This document shows positions 54,775-64,000 of a DNA stretch of 64,000 nucleotides, in pieces. The stretch covers positions 3,760-67,759 of the forward strand of contig NZ_JBQDBE010000015.1 in assembly GCF_052090685.1 (NCBI RefSeq), in the 5' to 3' direction. The first letter of the stretch is position 1, and each line of letters opens with the position of its first letter. The translations under genes were made by a program, and so were the position numbers. Source of the DNA: Gulosibacter sp. (GTDB taxonomy: Bacteria > Actinomycetota > Actinomycetes > Actinomycetales > Microbacteriaceae). The notes under the pieces are model-generated. The model was not told the DNA's origin and ran no database searches. It was given only the letters and a program-made list of their open reading frames with translations.

Positions 54775-56091
54775 TTGAAAATCGCAGTAATTGCACTTGG
54801 AAAGATCGGCCTGCCACTTGCAGTCCAGTTCGCCACAAAGGGTCACGAAGTCATCGGTGTTGATATCAACGCGACGACGGTCGACATGGTTAACCAAGCA
54901 AAGGAACCCTTTCCCGGCGAGTACCAGCTTCAAGAAAAGCTCGAAGAGACCGTCGGCAACGGCACCTTGAAAGCGACGACGAACTACGCTGAGGCCATTC
55001 CTGGGGCGGACGCCATTGTGCTCGTCGTCCCGCTGTTCGTTGACGAGAACGCGGTGCCGGACTTCGGCTGGATGGATGCTGCGACCAACGAACTCGCGGC
55101 CCACCTCACGCCTGGCACACTCATTTCGTTTGAGACCACGTTGCCGGTGGGAACCACCCGCACTCGCTGGAAGCCAATGATCGAAGAAATTTCGGGACTC
55201 AAAGAAGGCGAAGACTTCCACCTCGTGTTCTCGCCGGAGCGAGTACTTACCGGTCGAGTGTTTGCCGACTTGCGCAAGTACCCGAAGCTCATCGGTGCGC
55301 TGAGCGCCGAAGGGGCCGAGCGGGCGCGGGAATTCTACGAGGCAGTGCTTGACTTCGATGACCGCCCAGACCTGGAGCGAGAAAACGGTGTGTGGGACCT
55401 CGGGAGTGCTGAAGCATCCGAGCTGGCCAAACTCGCAGAGACGACCTACCGCGACGTCAACATCGGTCTTGCCAACGAGTTCGCTCGCTACGCAGGTGAA
55501 AACGGCATCGACATTTACCAGGTGATTGAAGCATCGAACTCTCAACCTTACAGTCACATCCACCGCCCCGGTATTGCGGTTGGTGGCCACTGCATCCCGG
55601 TGTATCCGCGGCTCTACCTCTGGAATGATCCGAAAGCAGAGATCGTTCGGACCGCCCGTGCGCTGAACGCGGACATGCCCAATTTTGCGATTGGGCTCCT
55701 GGCTGGTGCTCACGATACCGACCTCGAAGGCCAGAGCGTTGCCGTGCTCGGTGCTGCATACCGTGGCGGAGTCAAAGAGACCGCGTTCTCGGGGGTCTTT
55801 GCCACCGTTGAGGCACTCAAGGAACGTGGCGCGGTGGTTACCGTTCATGATCCGCTTTACACCGACGATGAACTCGCGGCATTCGGATTTGCTCCGTATC
55901 ACCTCGGTGAAAATGTTGATGCAGTGGTGATTCAAACTGACCACCAGGACTATAAAGATCTGACTCCGCAGAAGTTCCCTGGCATCCGAACGCTTGTCGA
56001 CGGTCGAAACGTCACGGACCCAGCGAAATGGGAAAGTGTGACCCGTCGAGTTATCGGTAAGCCTGGCATCGCTGCCGAGAGCACAAAGTAA
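54775..56091 (+). CDS. wbpA: UDP-N-acetyl-D-glucosamine 6-dehydrogenase-type nucleotide-sugar dehydrogenase (WbpA-like)
   Basis: KIAVIALGKIGLPLAVQFATKGHEVIGVDIN...ASELAKLAETTYRDVNIGLANE...AVGGHCIPVYP. The start was chosen at TTG 54775. The ORF-track start at 54718 is also TTG. Confidence 0.75.
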   Translation: MKIAVIALGKIGLPLAVQFATKGHEVIGVDINATTVDMVNQAKEPFPGEYQLQEKLEETVGNGTLKATTNYAEAIPGADAIVLVVPLFVDENAVPDFGWMDAATNELAAHLTPGTLISFETTLPVGTTRTRWKPMIEEISGLKEGEDFHLVFSPERVLTGRVFADLRKYPKLIGALSAEGAERAREFYEAVLDFDDRPDLERENGVWDLGSAEASELAKLAETTYRDVNIGLANEFARYAGENGIDIYQVIEASNSQPYSHIHRPGIAVGGHCIPVYPRLYLWNDPKAEIVRTARALNADMPNFAIGLLAGAHDTDLEGQSVAVLGAAYRGGVKETAFSGVFATVEALKERGAVVTVHDPLYTDDELAAFGFAPYHLGENVDAVVIQTDHQDYKDLTPQKFPGIRTLVDGRNVTDPAKWESVTRRVIGKPGIAAESTK

Positions 56092-56702
56092 TGGTTGACG
56101 CTCCCAACTATCGAGTCGTTGACTCCGCGGATGTCGCTGAGAATGCACAGATCGGCGACGGATCGTCAGTGTGGCATCTTGCGCAAGTTCGTGAAGATGC
56201 GGTGCTGGGTAAGAATTGTGTGATTGGTCGAGGCGCGTATATCGGTACCGGTGTAACGCTTGGTGATAACTGCAAGGTGCAGAATTATGCACTGGTGTAC
56301 GAACCAGCCGTTCTTGAGTCTGGGGTCTTCATAGGTCCAGCGGTGGTGCTCACGAATGACACCTATCCGCGCGCTATCAACCCGGACGGAACGCAGAAGG
56401 CCGCATCCGACTGGGATGCGGTTGGTGTGACTATCAAAACTGGCGCGGCGATTGGCGCACGTGCCGTCTGTGTTGCTCCCGTGACGATCGGTGCTTGGTC
56501 GCTGATCGCTGCAGGATCTGTGGTCACGAAGGACGTCCCGGATCATGCGTTGATAGCCGGCGTGCCAGCGAAGCAATTGGGCTGGGTTGGGAAGACGGGC
56601 CACCGTCTCATCGAACGTGACGGGGCACTCGTTTGCCCGGACACACATGACCGTTTTAGTGAGGTAGACGGAGCCCTCGTCGCCGAAAACCAAGGAGCCT
56701 AA
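56091..56702 (+). CDS. wbpD: Left-handed beta-helix N-acetyltransferase (WbpD/WlbB-like, UDP-2-acetamido-3-amino-2,3-dideoxy-glucuronate N-acetyltransferase)
   Basis: Hexapeptide repeats IGDGSSVWHLAQVREDAVLGKNCVIGRGAYIGTGVTLGDNCKVQNYALV...; TAATG overlap with wbpA. Confidence 0.75.
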   Translation: MVDAPNYRVVDSADVAENAQIGDGSSVWHLAQVREDAVLGKNCVIGRGAYIGTGVTLGDNCKVQNYALVYEPAVLESGVFIGPAVVLTNDTYPRAINPDGTQKAASDWDAVGVTIKTGAAIGARAVCVAPVTIGAWSLIAAGSVVTKDVPDHALIAGVPAKQLGWVGKTGHRLIERDGALVCPDTHDRFSEVDGALVAENQGA

Positions 56703-56704
56703 CC

Positions 56705-57802
56705 ATGGTGGATTTTATCCCTCCAGCGAAGCCAATTATCGGTGAAGAAGAGCGCGCCGCGGTAGATCGTGTGCTGCAGACCGGAATGATCGCCCAAGGC
56801 CCCGAGGTCAAGGCATTTGAAGAAGAATTTGCTGCTGCGCTGACCGCTGGCCGCACGGCGGTGGCAGTGAACTCTGGAACGTCTGGACTCCACCTCGCGC
56901 TACTTGCCGCTGGTATTGGCGTTGGAGACGAAGTAATTGTGCCGGCGTTCACCTTTGCCGCGACGGGTAACTCGGTTGCGCTGACCGGAGCGACACCGGT
57001 GTTCGTTGACATCGAACTTGATACCTACAACCTTGATCCAGCGCGCATCGAAGCTGCGATCACGCCCAAGACAAAGGCGATCATGCCGGTGCACCTCTAT
57101 GGCCATCCGGCCAATATGCCGGCAATTCTCGCAATCGCGGAAAAGCACGGACTGCAAGTGTTCGAGGACGCCGCACAGGCACACGGAGCGACGCTCAACG
57201 GTCAGCAGGTCGGTACGTTCGGTACGTGGGGCGTGTTCAGCCTCTACCCGACGAAGAACATGACTTCGGGCGAGGGTGGCATGGTGACCGTCGAGGATGC
57301 CGAAGTAGCACGCAGGCTCCGGCTACTTCGCAACCAGGGTATGGAAGTGCAGTATCAAAATGAGCTGGTCGGATTCAATAACCGAATGACCGACATTCAC
57401 GCTGCTATCGGTCGAGTTCAGCTCACGAAAGTTGCCGACTGGACCAAGCAGCGTCAAACAAACGCGGCTGCTCTGAATGCGGGCCTTCGTGACGTCAAGA
57501 CGCCGGTGGTGGCCGAAGGCGCTGAGCACGTTTACCACCAATACACCGTGCAGCTGCCGGAGGCACTCGTTGCGCAACGCACCGAACTGCTTGCGCGTCT
57601 CAAGGATGAGTTCCAGGTTGGTACCGGTGTGTACTACCCGGTGCCGACCAATGAGCTTCCGTCGTTCAACGTCGAAGCTGACCTCCCGAACACCAAGATC
57701 GCTGCAGCTTCGGTATTCTCACTGCCTGTGCATCCCTCATTGACCTCGGGGGACCTCGAGCGCATCATTGCTGCCGTGAATACTGTCGTCGAGGAGGCCT
57801 AA
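56705..57802 (+). CDS. wbpE: DegT/DnrJ/EryC1/StrS-family PLP aminotransferase (WbpE-like)
   Basis: ...FEEEFAA...AVNSGTSGLHLAL...VIVPAFTFAATGN...FSLYPTKNMTSGEGGMV (PLP-Lys region). Confidence 0.85.
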   Translation: MVDFIPPAKPIIGEEERAAVDRVLQTGMIAQGPEVKAFEEEFAAALTAGRTAVAVNSGTSGLHLALLAAGIGVGDEVIVPAFTFAATGNSVALTGATPVFVDIELDTYNLDPARIEAAITPKTKAIMPVHLYGHPANMPAILAIAEKHGLQVFEDAAQAHGATLNGQQVGTFGTWGVFSLYPTKNMTSGEGGMVTVEDAEVARRLRLLRNQGMEVQYQNELVGFNNRMTDIHAAIGRVQLTKVADWTKQRQTNAAALNAGLRDVKTPVVAEGAEHVYHQYTVQLPEALVAQRTELLARLKDEFQVGTGVYYPVPTNELPSFNVEADLPNTKIAAASVFSLPVHPSLTSGDLERIIAAVNTVVEEA

Positions 57803-57805
57803 GCC

Positions 57806-58774
57806 ATGACGCTTCGCACTGGACTGATCGGCCTCGGGATGATGGGGCGTCATCACGCTCGCGTCATGCGGGGGATTGAAGGAACCGAGTTGGTTGCAGT
57901 CGCTGACGCGATGGGTGACGCTCACGGTGTTGCCGAAGAACTGCCGCTTTTCGAAACCGTGGATCAGCTCATCGATTTCGGCGTTGATGCAGTTGTGTGT
58001 GCAGTCCCGACCGGAATGCACGAAGAGGTTGGTTTGAAACTCGCTTCAGCTGGCGTACACACGATGGTTGAAAAGCCCATCGCGCACAGCGTCGAAGCCG
58101 GTGAGCGCCTGGCGACAGCATTTAATGAACGTGGGCTGATCGGCGCGGTTGGACACATCGAGCGCTTCAACCCGGCGCTGCAGGAACTCCGTCGACGTAT
58201 TGATGCTGGTCAGCTTGGCGAGGTCTATCAAGTAGCGACGCGTCGCCAGGGACCGTTTCCCTCACGCATCGCTGACGTAGGAGTCGTCAAAGACCTTGCG
58301 ACGCACGACATTGATCTGACGGCGTGGTTGAACCGGACCAAGTATGCGGAGATCAATGCGAAGGTAGTCCGAATCACCGGTCGCGAACACGAAGACATGG
58401 TCGTGGCCGTCGGACAGCTAGAGAACGGCGTCATCGTCAATCACACTGTGAACTGGCTGTCGGCAGTCAAGGAGCGCACAACCGTGGTCACAGGGCAGAA
58501 TGGCGTGTTCATCGCCGACACGCTCACCGCGGACCTCACGTTCTACGAGAACGGCGAAGTCCGGAGCACGTGGCAGCCGGTCGAGAACTTCCGTGGAGTT
58601 ACTGAAGGTGACGTCATCCGATACGCGTTCCCGAAGCAGGAACCACTCAAGACAGAGCATGAAGCATTCCGAGATGCGATCCTCGGTAAAGAGAACACTC
58701 ACGTCAGCATGACCGAAGGACTTGAGACACTGCGGGTGGCCGAAGGGATGCTCGAAGCCTCGAGTGTGAAATAG
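57806..58774 (+). CDS. wbpB: Gfo/Idh/MocA-family oxidoreductase (WbpB-like)
   Basis: LRTGLIGLGMMGRHHARV...VCAVPTGMHEEV...VHTMVEKPIA. Confidence 0.8.
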   Translation: MTLRTGLIGLGMMGRHHARVMRGIEGTELVAVADAMGDAHGVAEELPLFETVDQLIDFGVDAVVCAVPTGMHEEVGLKLASAGVHTMVEKPIAHSVEAGERLATAFNERGLIGAVGHIERFNPALQELRRRIDAGQLGEVYQVATRRQGPFPSRIADVGVVKDLATHDIDLTAWLNRTKYAEINAKVVRITGREHEDMVVAVGQLENGVIVNHTVNWLSAVKERTTVVTGQNGVFIADTLTADLTFYENGEVRSTWQPVENFRGVTEGDVIRYAFPKQEPLKTEHEAFRDAILGKENTHVSMTEGLETLRVAEGMLEASSVK

Positions 58775-58883
58775 AAGGTCGCTTTCAGAATTGCTCGCGT
58801 GCGTGGCCTCGAAGCTGTATTCGGGATTTGACGCGATTTTTGGATGCGCAACACATTTAGAATGAAATAGAAAGGCACGCCGA

Positions 58884-59951
58884 ATGAGGGTTGTAAGTAT
58901 CGTTGGGGCTCGGCCGCAATTCGTCAAGCTGGCGCCAATGGACCGCGCGTTTAAAAGGCTCGGTATTGAGCACAAGATTATCCATACTGGTCAACACTAC
59001 GACGCGAACATGTCGGATAGTTTCTTCAAGGATCTCGATATCTCCGCGCCAGATGTTCATCTCGGCGTTGGGTCTGGAACTCACGGCAAACAAACTGGTG
59101 CGATGCTGAGCCAGATGGATACGACATTTGAGGATCTAGAGCCTGATTGGGTCCTGGTTTACGGTGACACGAATTCGACGATTGCCGGCGCACTCTCTGC
59201 GGTCAAATTACAAATTCCACTAGCACATCTGGAAGCTGGGCTCCGTTCTTACAATCGCGCTATGCCAGAGGAACACAATCGTGTTCTCACCGACCATGCG
59301 GCCGACCTCTGCCTTGCCCCAACACAAACCGCGATGGAATGCCTTGCGGGAGAAGGGCTTGCGCAGCGTTCGCGATTGGTTGGCGACGTCATGGTCGATG
59401 TCTGTTGGCAAACGCGTGATCTAGTTAGACAAAAAAATGAACCGATTCCAGGCCTAACAGCGGACGAGACATTTGTCCTCGCAACTATTCACCGAGCGGA
59501 AAATACGGATGATCCAAAGCGGTTAGACAATATAATCAAGGCACTAGCGGGACTGAAACTCCCGGTTGTTCTACCAGCACATCCAAGACTGGTTGCAAAG
59601 ACACGTGAGTACGGTATAGAGCTTGGCGGTGGATCTCTCCGGATAGTGGATCCACTGAGTTATCCGCAAATGGTGCGCGCGATTGACGCATCGACGGGTG
59701 TTGTCACTGACTCCGGCGGCCTGCAGAAGGAAGCTTTCTTGCTACAGACGCCGTGCACTACTCTGCGCACAGAAACGGAATGGGTTGAGACTCTTGTCGA
59801 TGGCTGGAATGTCTTGGACCCGAACCTAACGCAAGTCGCTGATGTTGCAGTGCGCGAGGCGCCGACCTCGGAGCAGGATGCTCCGTATGGGAAGGGTGAT
59901 GCAGCGATTACCGCGGCACGTGCACTCATGGAGAGCTATTCAGCCAGCTAG
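58884..59951 (+). CDS. wecB: Non-hydrolysing UDP-N-acetylglucosamine(-uronate) 2-epimerase (WecB/WbpI-type)
   Basis: MRVVSIVGARPQFVKLAP...HTGQHYD...VLVYGDTNSTIAGAL...HLEAGLRSYNRAMPEEHNR...TDSGGLQKEA. Confidence 0.88.
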   Translation: MRVVSIVGARPQFVKLAPMDRAFKRLGIEHKIIHTGQHYDANMSDSFFKDLDISAPDVHLGVGSGTHGKQTGAMLSQMDTTFEDLEPDWVLVYGDTNSTIAGALSAVKLQIPLAHLEAGLRSYNRAMPEEHNRVLTDHAADLCLAPTQTAMECLAGEGLAQRSRLVGDVMVDVCWQTRDLVRQKNEPIPGLTADETFVLATIHRAENTDDPKRLDNIIKALAGLKLPVVLPAHPRLVAKTREYGIELGGGSLRIVDPLSYPQMVRAIDASTGVVTDSGGLQKEAFLLQTPCTTLRTETEWVETLVDGWNVLDPNLTQVADVAVREAPTSEQDAPYGKGDAAITAARALMESYSAS

Positions 59952-60012
59952 AAGCCGCCAATCACGCAAAAATCCGCGCGCGGTAAATTAGGTTCTGAGC
60001 AATCAATTCTGG

Positions 60013-62121
60013 TCAGGCATTCAACGCCTCGCGAATGTCTTGAATACGACGGTGCCAAGTTTGGGATTTCTGCGCAGCTTCGATGTCCTCTGAAGCAATA
60101 CTGCCTTCGATTTCAGTGAGACCCTCAATTATCGAATCGACGCTTCGTTCGCAAGCGATGCCAACTCGATTGCTAACGACAAAATTGGCAATCGCCATGT
60201 CTTCAAAACAGAGCATTGCGAACCCACGTTCGAGCATGCTTACAGTCTTATACTGGAAGCCCGCCTTTGCATAGTCGCTGTCGAGCAAATTGATTCCAAT
60301 GCACCTACTTGTTCGAGGCAAATATGTGTCCAACGCAACTGTGGAGATTCGTACGCGTGGGTCTTCATCGAGGCCGAACCTTGCTAGCGACTTGAGCAAG
60401 TGATCCACTTCACCTTGACGTGCAATGAAATCAAACCAGTATCCCTCGCTAGGAAGGCTGGAAATTGCGGTCAGATATTGGTCCATGCCGTATACGGCTC
60501 CTTGACCGCCCGCGTACAACAGAGTTGTTCCAGCGACCAAGTCACTGCCCAAAAGTGAGACGGTGTTACATACGTTTGCCGGTGCCACGGCCGGCGGTAG
60601 TGCGTGCCAGGAACGGCTTGCCTGTCCAGCATTTTCTAGCAGTTGGTTATATAGACGGCCGGTGGCCTCGACTGGAGAAAACAGGACATCACAGTGATCG
60701 CCAATCTGCTCCAGTTCGTTTGCTCCGCGCGTGCGCATATTCTGCAACTCTGTCGCGTCTGTGACGTAATCGTCTTTGTCTTCAAGCCAATAGAGATCGC
60801 GAATGAAGAATCCACTCTTACCACCTGCTTCGCGGAACTCATCTATGAATTTACTTATATCTTCTACGACGGCGTCTGAAGTTATCGGTGTCGTGGAGTT
60901 CTCCCCGTACAGGATGCCGACTTCGCCTTGCTGTGCAAGGTAGCGGCGGAGAAGAGTGAGTCGGCGATGCGCGGTGTTTGGTCCGGCAAATACACGAACA
61001 GTGGGACCAAATTCAGCAAGTGACTGCGCAAGATTTCGGATGCGCTGCGGCCTGGCTCCATTCGTTCGATCCTCAAGGGACGCTACAGAAAGAAATACGT
61101 TGAGGGGTCCGGGTTGAGAGAACGCACTCAACTCCTCATACAATTCGGGAACTTTGCGTCCCATGCATTCGTCAAGCGATTCTAAGAAACTCTCGGTACT
61201 GCGATCTGTATTTGAAATTTCGGAGTCAGGCTGTTGCTGGTGTACCGTTTGCCGAAGTTTGGTTACCAAGTTGAGCCCGCGACCAGTTTCCGCGAAATTG
61301 AGGTCATTAGTGAAATACCAAGCCCCAATTGTTTCCTCAACGACAACTCTCGACCAATCGGGACGGAGGAGTGAAAGAACCGGAGCATGATGTGCGGTCG
61401 AGCCGACGAACATCACATGCGTTGCACCTTCGAGGCGTAATTTAACGGTAGGTGCGACACTCCTATTCTGTCTAAGGTCACGGGTCGAGTACAGTGATTC
61501 GACACTGAGTTTGAAAACTTCCGCGTCTGAAATTGCGGATTGTGCAGCTTCAAGATAAGCGTCAACTCGCGCTTCATCGCTGTTGAGTGGATGAATTAAA
61601 GCAATTTTTGTTTTTGTAGCCTGCGAAAGTAAAGACTTATCATTGAATGCGTGCAACGATGGTGCTCGGAGGTGTGGCAACTGTGATCCCTTTGCCCCTG
61701 CCTTGTCCATTTCCCACTCGTCGTCTAGTAGCAATCGGTCGACAGACTTTAGGACTGCCTCGAAATCTCGAACAAGATTTGACCGACGTGTAGAGAAATC
61801 AAGCGAACCGCGTAACAGGAGTGGAATGAATGGTTGATTTAGTATATTGGCAGCGAAGCCGCTTGCTTCAAGTCCAATAGCAATTATTCGGTCAAAATTG
61901 TCGTTCGCTATTCCATGATTGAACTGGTTTGCCGCGAGAATTGAACGGCGTAATCTGTAGCCCTTCATCCATATTGGTGTGGATTTGTGGGGTCTTAGCC
62001 ACTCTCCGTTGACGTCATATACTTCAACTTCGTGATCCTCTTCTTTGAGGCGATTGAAAATCGTCCCTTCAGCTGGGCCGATATTACGTACTAGCAGCAG
62101 GATCTTCACTGGATCTCTCAT
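60013..62121 (-). CDS. Large putative glycosyltransferase with two GT-B-like halves (low GC)
   Basis: The N-half starts with a Rossmann-like KILLLVRNIGPAEG. The C-half is ...NGARPQRIRNLAQSLAEFG...LYGENSTTPI...FFIRDLYWL...LLYAGGQGAVYG...FQYKTVSMLERGF. The assignment is by pattern only. Confidence 0.5.
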   Translation of the reverse strand: MRDPVKILLLVRNIGPAEGTIFNRLKEEDHEVEVYDVNGEWLRPHKSTPIWMKGYRLRRSILAANQFNHGIANDNFDRIIAIGLEASGFAANILNQPFIPLLLRGSLDFSTRRSNLVRDFEAVLKSVDRLLLDDEWEMDKAGAKGSQLPHLRAPSLHAFNDKSLLSQATKTKIALIHPLNSDEARVDAYLEAAQSAISDAEVFKLSVESLYSTRDLRQNRSVAPTVKLRLEGATHVMFVGSTAHHAPVLSLLRPDWSRVVVEETIGAWYFTNDLNFAETGRGLNLVTKLRQTVHQQQPDSEISNTDRSTESFLESLDECMGRKVPELYEELSAFSQPGPLNVFLSVASLEDRTNGARPQRIRNLAQSLAEFGPTVRVFAGPNTAHRRLTLLRRYLAQQGEVGILYGENSTTPITSDAVVEDISKFIDEFREAGGKSGFFIRDLYWLEDKDDYVTDATELQNMRTRGANELEQIGDHCDVLFSPVEATGRLYNQLLENAGQASRSWHALPPAVAPANVCNTVSLLGSDLVAGTTLLYAGGQGAVYGMDQYLTAISSLPSEGYWFDFIARQGEVDHLLKSLARFGLDEDPRVRISTVALDTYLPRTSRCIGINLLDSDYAKAGFQYKTVSMLERGFAMLCFEDMAIANFVVSNRVGIACERSVDSIIEGLTEIEGSIASEDIEAAQKSQTWHRRIQDIREALNA

Positions 62122-63659
62122 TCTCCTGATTCGCGGGTACTTGGATCAATCCCGAGTATCTTCATTTCGCGGTCAACAGTGCGTTCTGGTGACGACTGAC
62201 TTCGTACACGATTTGCGGCTGCACGAGACATTTGTGAAAAGAGGTTCGGATTCTTCATGAGTCTCAGGATGCCGTCTGCAAGTGCTTGGGCGTCCTCTTC
62301 AGGTGCGAGTACAGCCTCGCTTTCGGAAACAAACTCAGGGATGGCGGCCACTGAATTTGTCACTGGTACAAGGCCAGAGGACATTGCTTCATCACGAGAG
62401 ACTCCTTGAGTATCAAGTCGTGAAGGGACAAGAAAGATTCCGTAATCTTTGTGGAGCTTGCTAATTTCTGACTGCGATATGAAGCCTTGCTCGATAGTTA
62501 CGTTTGGAAAAGTGCCAAGCTCTTTTGTAAAATCGGAGAAGTAGCTTCCATCGCCAACAATCTTAATCTCAATATTTTCCCATAGTGGGTTCCGTGATAG
62601 AGACTGAATCGTCTTGATAGCGATGTCGTGCCCATAGTTCAGGTTATGTGCGCTGCGTATCCATAAGATCTTGAAGCGCTGAGATGGGTCTTTTTCGAAA
62701 TAAGGAAACAGGTCAGTGTCGATTATGTTATGTACTATTTGCGTGCGTGATCTCGGGAAATGAACACGCATGTCTTGGCTCGCAGCGCGGTGAAGCCAGT
62801 CAGAAACAAATATGAACGAGGTTGGCCCAACCGGGTGGTTCACGACGTTTTGCCAATGGCGCTGCTGTGAAATAGTGCGATCAATGGACCGTTCAAGGCT
62901 CGTGCCATTGGGAATGTTCATGATTCGACGAATCCAATGGCTTGTCTCATAGCCGTGCACGAAAACGTGCAGCGAGATATTTGAAATGTGTGGTTCGATG
63001 TACTCCCACATTCGGGGGTTTAGGAAGTGGACACTTACGCTGTCATAAACTTGCTTCTTTAGGAGAGTGTCGATCTCGGGACCGTTGCCCGCGAGTACCC
63101 GTATTCCCTCGTATTCGAATATTTCTTGATCAGCCGAATATCCGGCGATAAGTACATCGACGTGCGCTCCTTGCTGCTGGTAATGCAGAACGCGGCGATG
63201 GATAAAACCGTTTGCATATTCGCTACCCGTTCTTGGGTAATTATTGGCGATTACCAAGTGGCGCGGTTTGTCGCGTACATCACCTTGGAGCGACAGAAAA
63301 TGGTCAGTGTTCGCGAGTGCAACTTCGTAGTCGTTGTTTGGGGTCTCATCTGCCGCGGACGGATCCGTCTCCGGTACGCCTACGTCCTGCTTGTCTAGGG
63401 CAGCGAAAAGCTGTTTGCGTAGTGCCTCGTTTTCCAATGCCAGCATGGCAAGTAATGATTCAGGGTCGTAGGTGTCTCCCAAGACTTCCGCCGTCACACC
63501 GAAGGTTTTGTCGTAGCCGGAAATCGGCTGCTTGGATTCACTAGTCGATGACGACTTGAGTAGCGGTCCCAGCAGCTTCTTGGAGAAGGCCTTTACGGGC
63601 TGGGGCGCGCGTCGACCTACGCTCTTGATTCTGCGTGCTATTGGCTTCGGAACTTGCAA
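62118..63659 (-). CDS. GT4-family glycosyltransferase with basic N-terminal helix and short coiled-coil (low GC); paralog of the C-domain of 32238-35537
   Basis: ...IVGDGSYFSDF...IFLVPSRLDTQGVSRDEAMSSGLVPVTNSVAAIPEFV... is nearly collinear with residues ~730-1099 of the 1099-aa protein. There is a 4-nt overlap with the downstream gene. Confidence 0.8.
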   Translation of the reverse strand: MQVPKPIARRIKSVGRRAPQPVKAFSKKLLGPLLKSSSTSESKQPISGYDKTFGVTAEVLGDTYDPESLLAMLALENEALRKQLFAALDKQDVGVPETDPSAADETPNNDYEVALANTDHFLSLQGDVRDKPRHLVIANNYPRTGSEYANGFIHRRVLHYQQQGAHVDVLIAGYSADQEIFEYEGIRVLAGNGPEIDTLLKKQVYDSVSVHFLNPRMWEYIEPHISNISLHVFVHGYETSHWIRRIMNIPNGTSLERSIDRTISQQRHWQNVVNHPVGPTSFIFVSDWLHRAASQDMRVHFPRSRTQIVHNIIDTDLFPYFEKDPSQRFKILWIRSAHNLNYGHDIAIKTIQSLSRNPLWENIEIKIVGDGSYFSDFTKELGTFPNVTIEQGFISQSEISKLHKDYGIFLVPSRLDTQGVSRDEAMSSGLVPVTNSVAAIPEFVSESEAVLAPEEDAQALADGILRLMKNPNLFSQMSRAAANRVRSQSSPERTVDREMKILGIDPSTRESGE

Positions 63660-64000
63660 GGGTTTTTACTCCTAGAGCGGCAGTCGGTGCAATGTCGATC
63701 TTAATGGCCCACGGTGCGAGACGCTCGTCAACGTCGTTGCTTCCGTTGGGCAACGACCGAGGCATCTACTGAGGTTAGCAGCCGCGAACGCCCGCATTCA
63801 TCCGGTGAAGACTTGCCAGAACGATGCTGCCTAATGACGACTGCAGTTTCGTACGTCGGTATTGCCAGGACAGAGCCCGGCGCCGGCAAGCCGGGGATTC
63901 TAACGGTTACTGAAGTGCGATGTGCCGGCAGCGATTCGACAGATAAACATCCACGTTGAGGTAGTCTGCGCCAGCACCGTATTAAGTATGTTGTAATCGC

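Noticed and set aside
54700-56292. 530-aa minus-strand ORF
   Set aside because: It is antisense to the WbpA-like dehydrogenase, which has a clear Rossmann motif and the GGHC motif.
1-64000. Phage-defence systems, prophage, integrase, rRNA
   Set aside because: No nuclease, helicase, methyltransferase, cyclase, integrase or capsid-type motifs were recognised in any frame. The only addiction-type module is parDE.

Overview
High-GC actinobacterial chromosome segment. The gene order tilS-hpt-ftsH-folE...folP-folB/K-DUF3180 and an LAxTG sorting signal suggest Micrococcales/Microbacteriaceae.

Left third (1-24 kb):
- A tRNA-Glu/Asp/Phe cluster, with a parDE toxin-antitoxin cassette sitting inside a duplicated tRNA-Phe flank.
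- A secreted M23 peptidase, ppa, a SulP/STAS transporter, and the tilS-hpt-flavodoxin-ftsH-folE operon.
- folE carries a roughly 190-codon low-complexity in-frame insertion. It contains two copies of a 61-bp element bearing a 10-bp-stem palindrome.
- The fol block is interrupted between folE and folP by about 6 kb: an orphan two-gene islet (small protein plus TM-GAF-like protein), an LAxTG surface protein, and katG-furA.
- folP is followed by a membrane-anchored clan GH-A hydrolase, a fused folB-folK, and a DUF3180-type protein.

Right two thirds (24-64 kb):
- An LCP ligase gene is followed by a cell-wall glycopolymer locus of about 40 kb.
- The locus has a TagGH/Wzm-Wzt-like ABC exporter, at least ten glycosyltransferase domains, a WecB/WecC route (UDP-ManNAcA) and a complete WbpA/D/E/B(+I)-type route (UDP-2,3-diacetamido uronic acid).
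- It also has a cytoplasmic heparinase II/III-like protein, an AsnB-like protein without the Cys nucleophile, an Asp2-like hydrolase/GT-A fusion, and several tandemly duplicated modules.
- Composition is mosaic. Low-GC blocks lie at about 28.7-38.4 kb and 60.0-63.7 kb, with a decayed IS-like remnant between low-GC sub-blocks.

No CRISPR array, rRNA, prophage or recognisable defence system was seen. All family calls come from motif recognition by eye, with no searches run.
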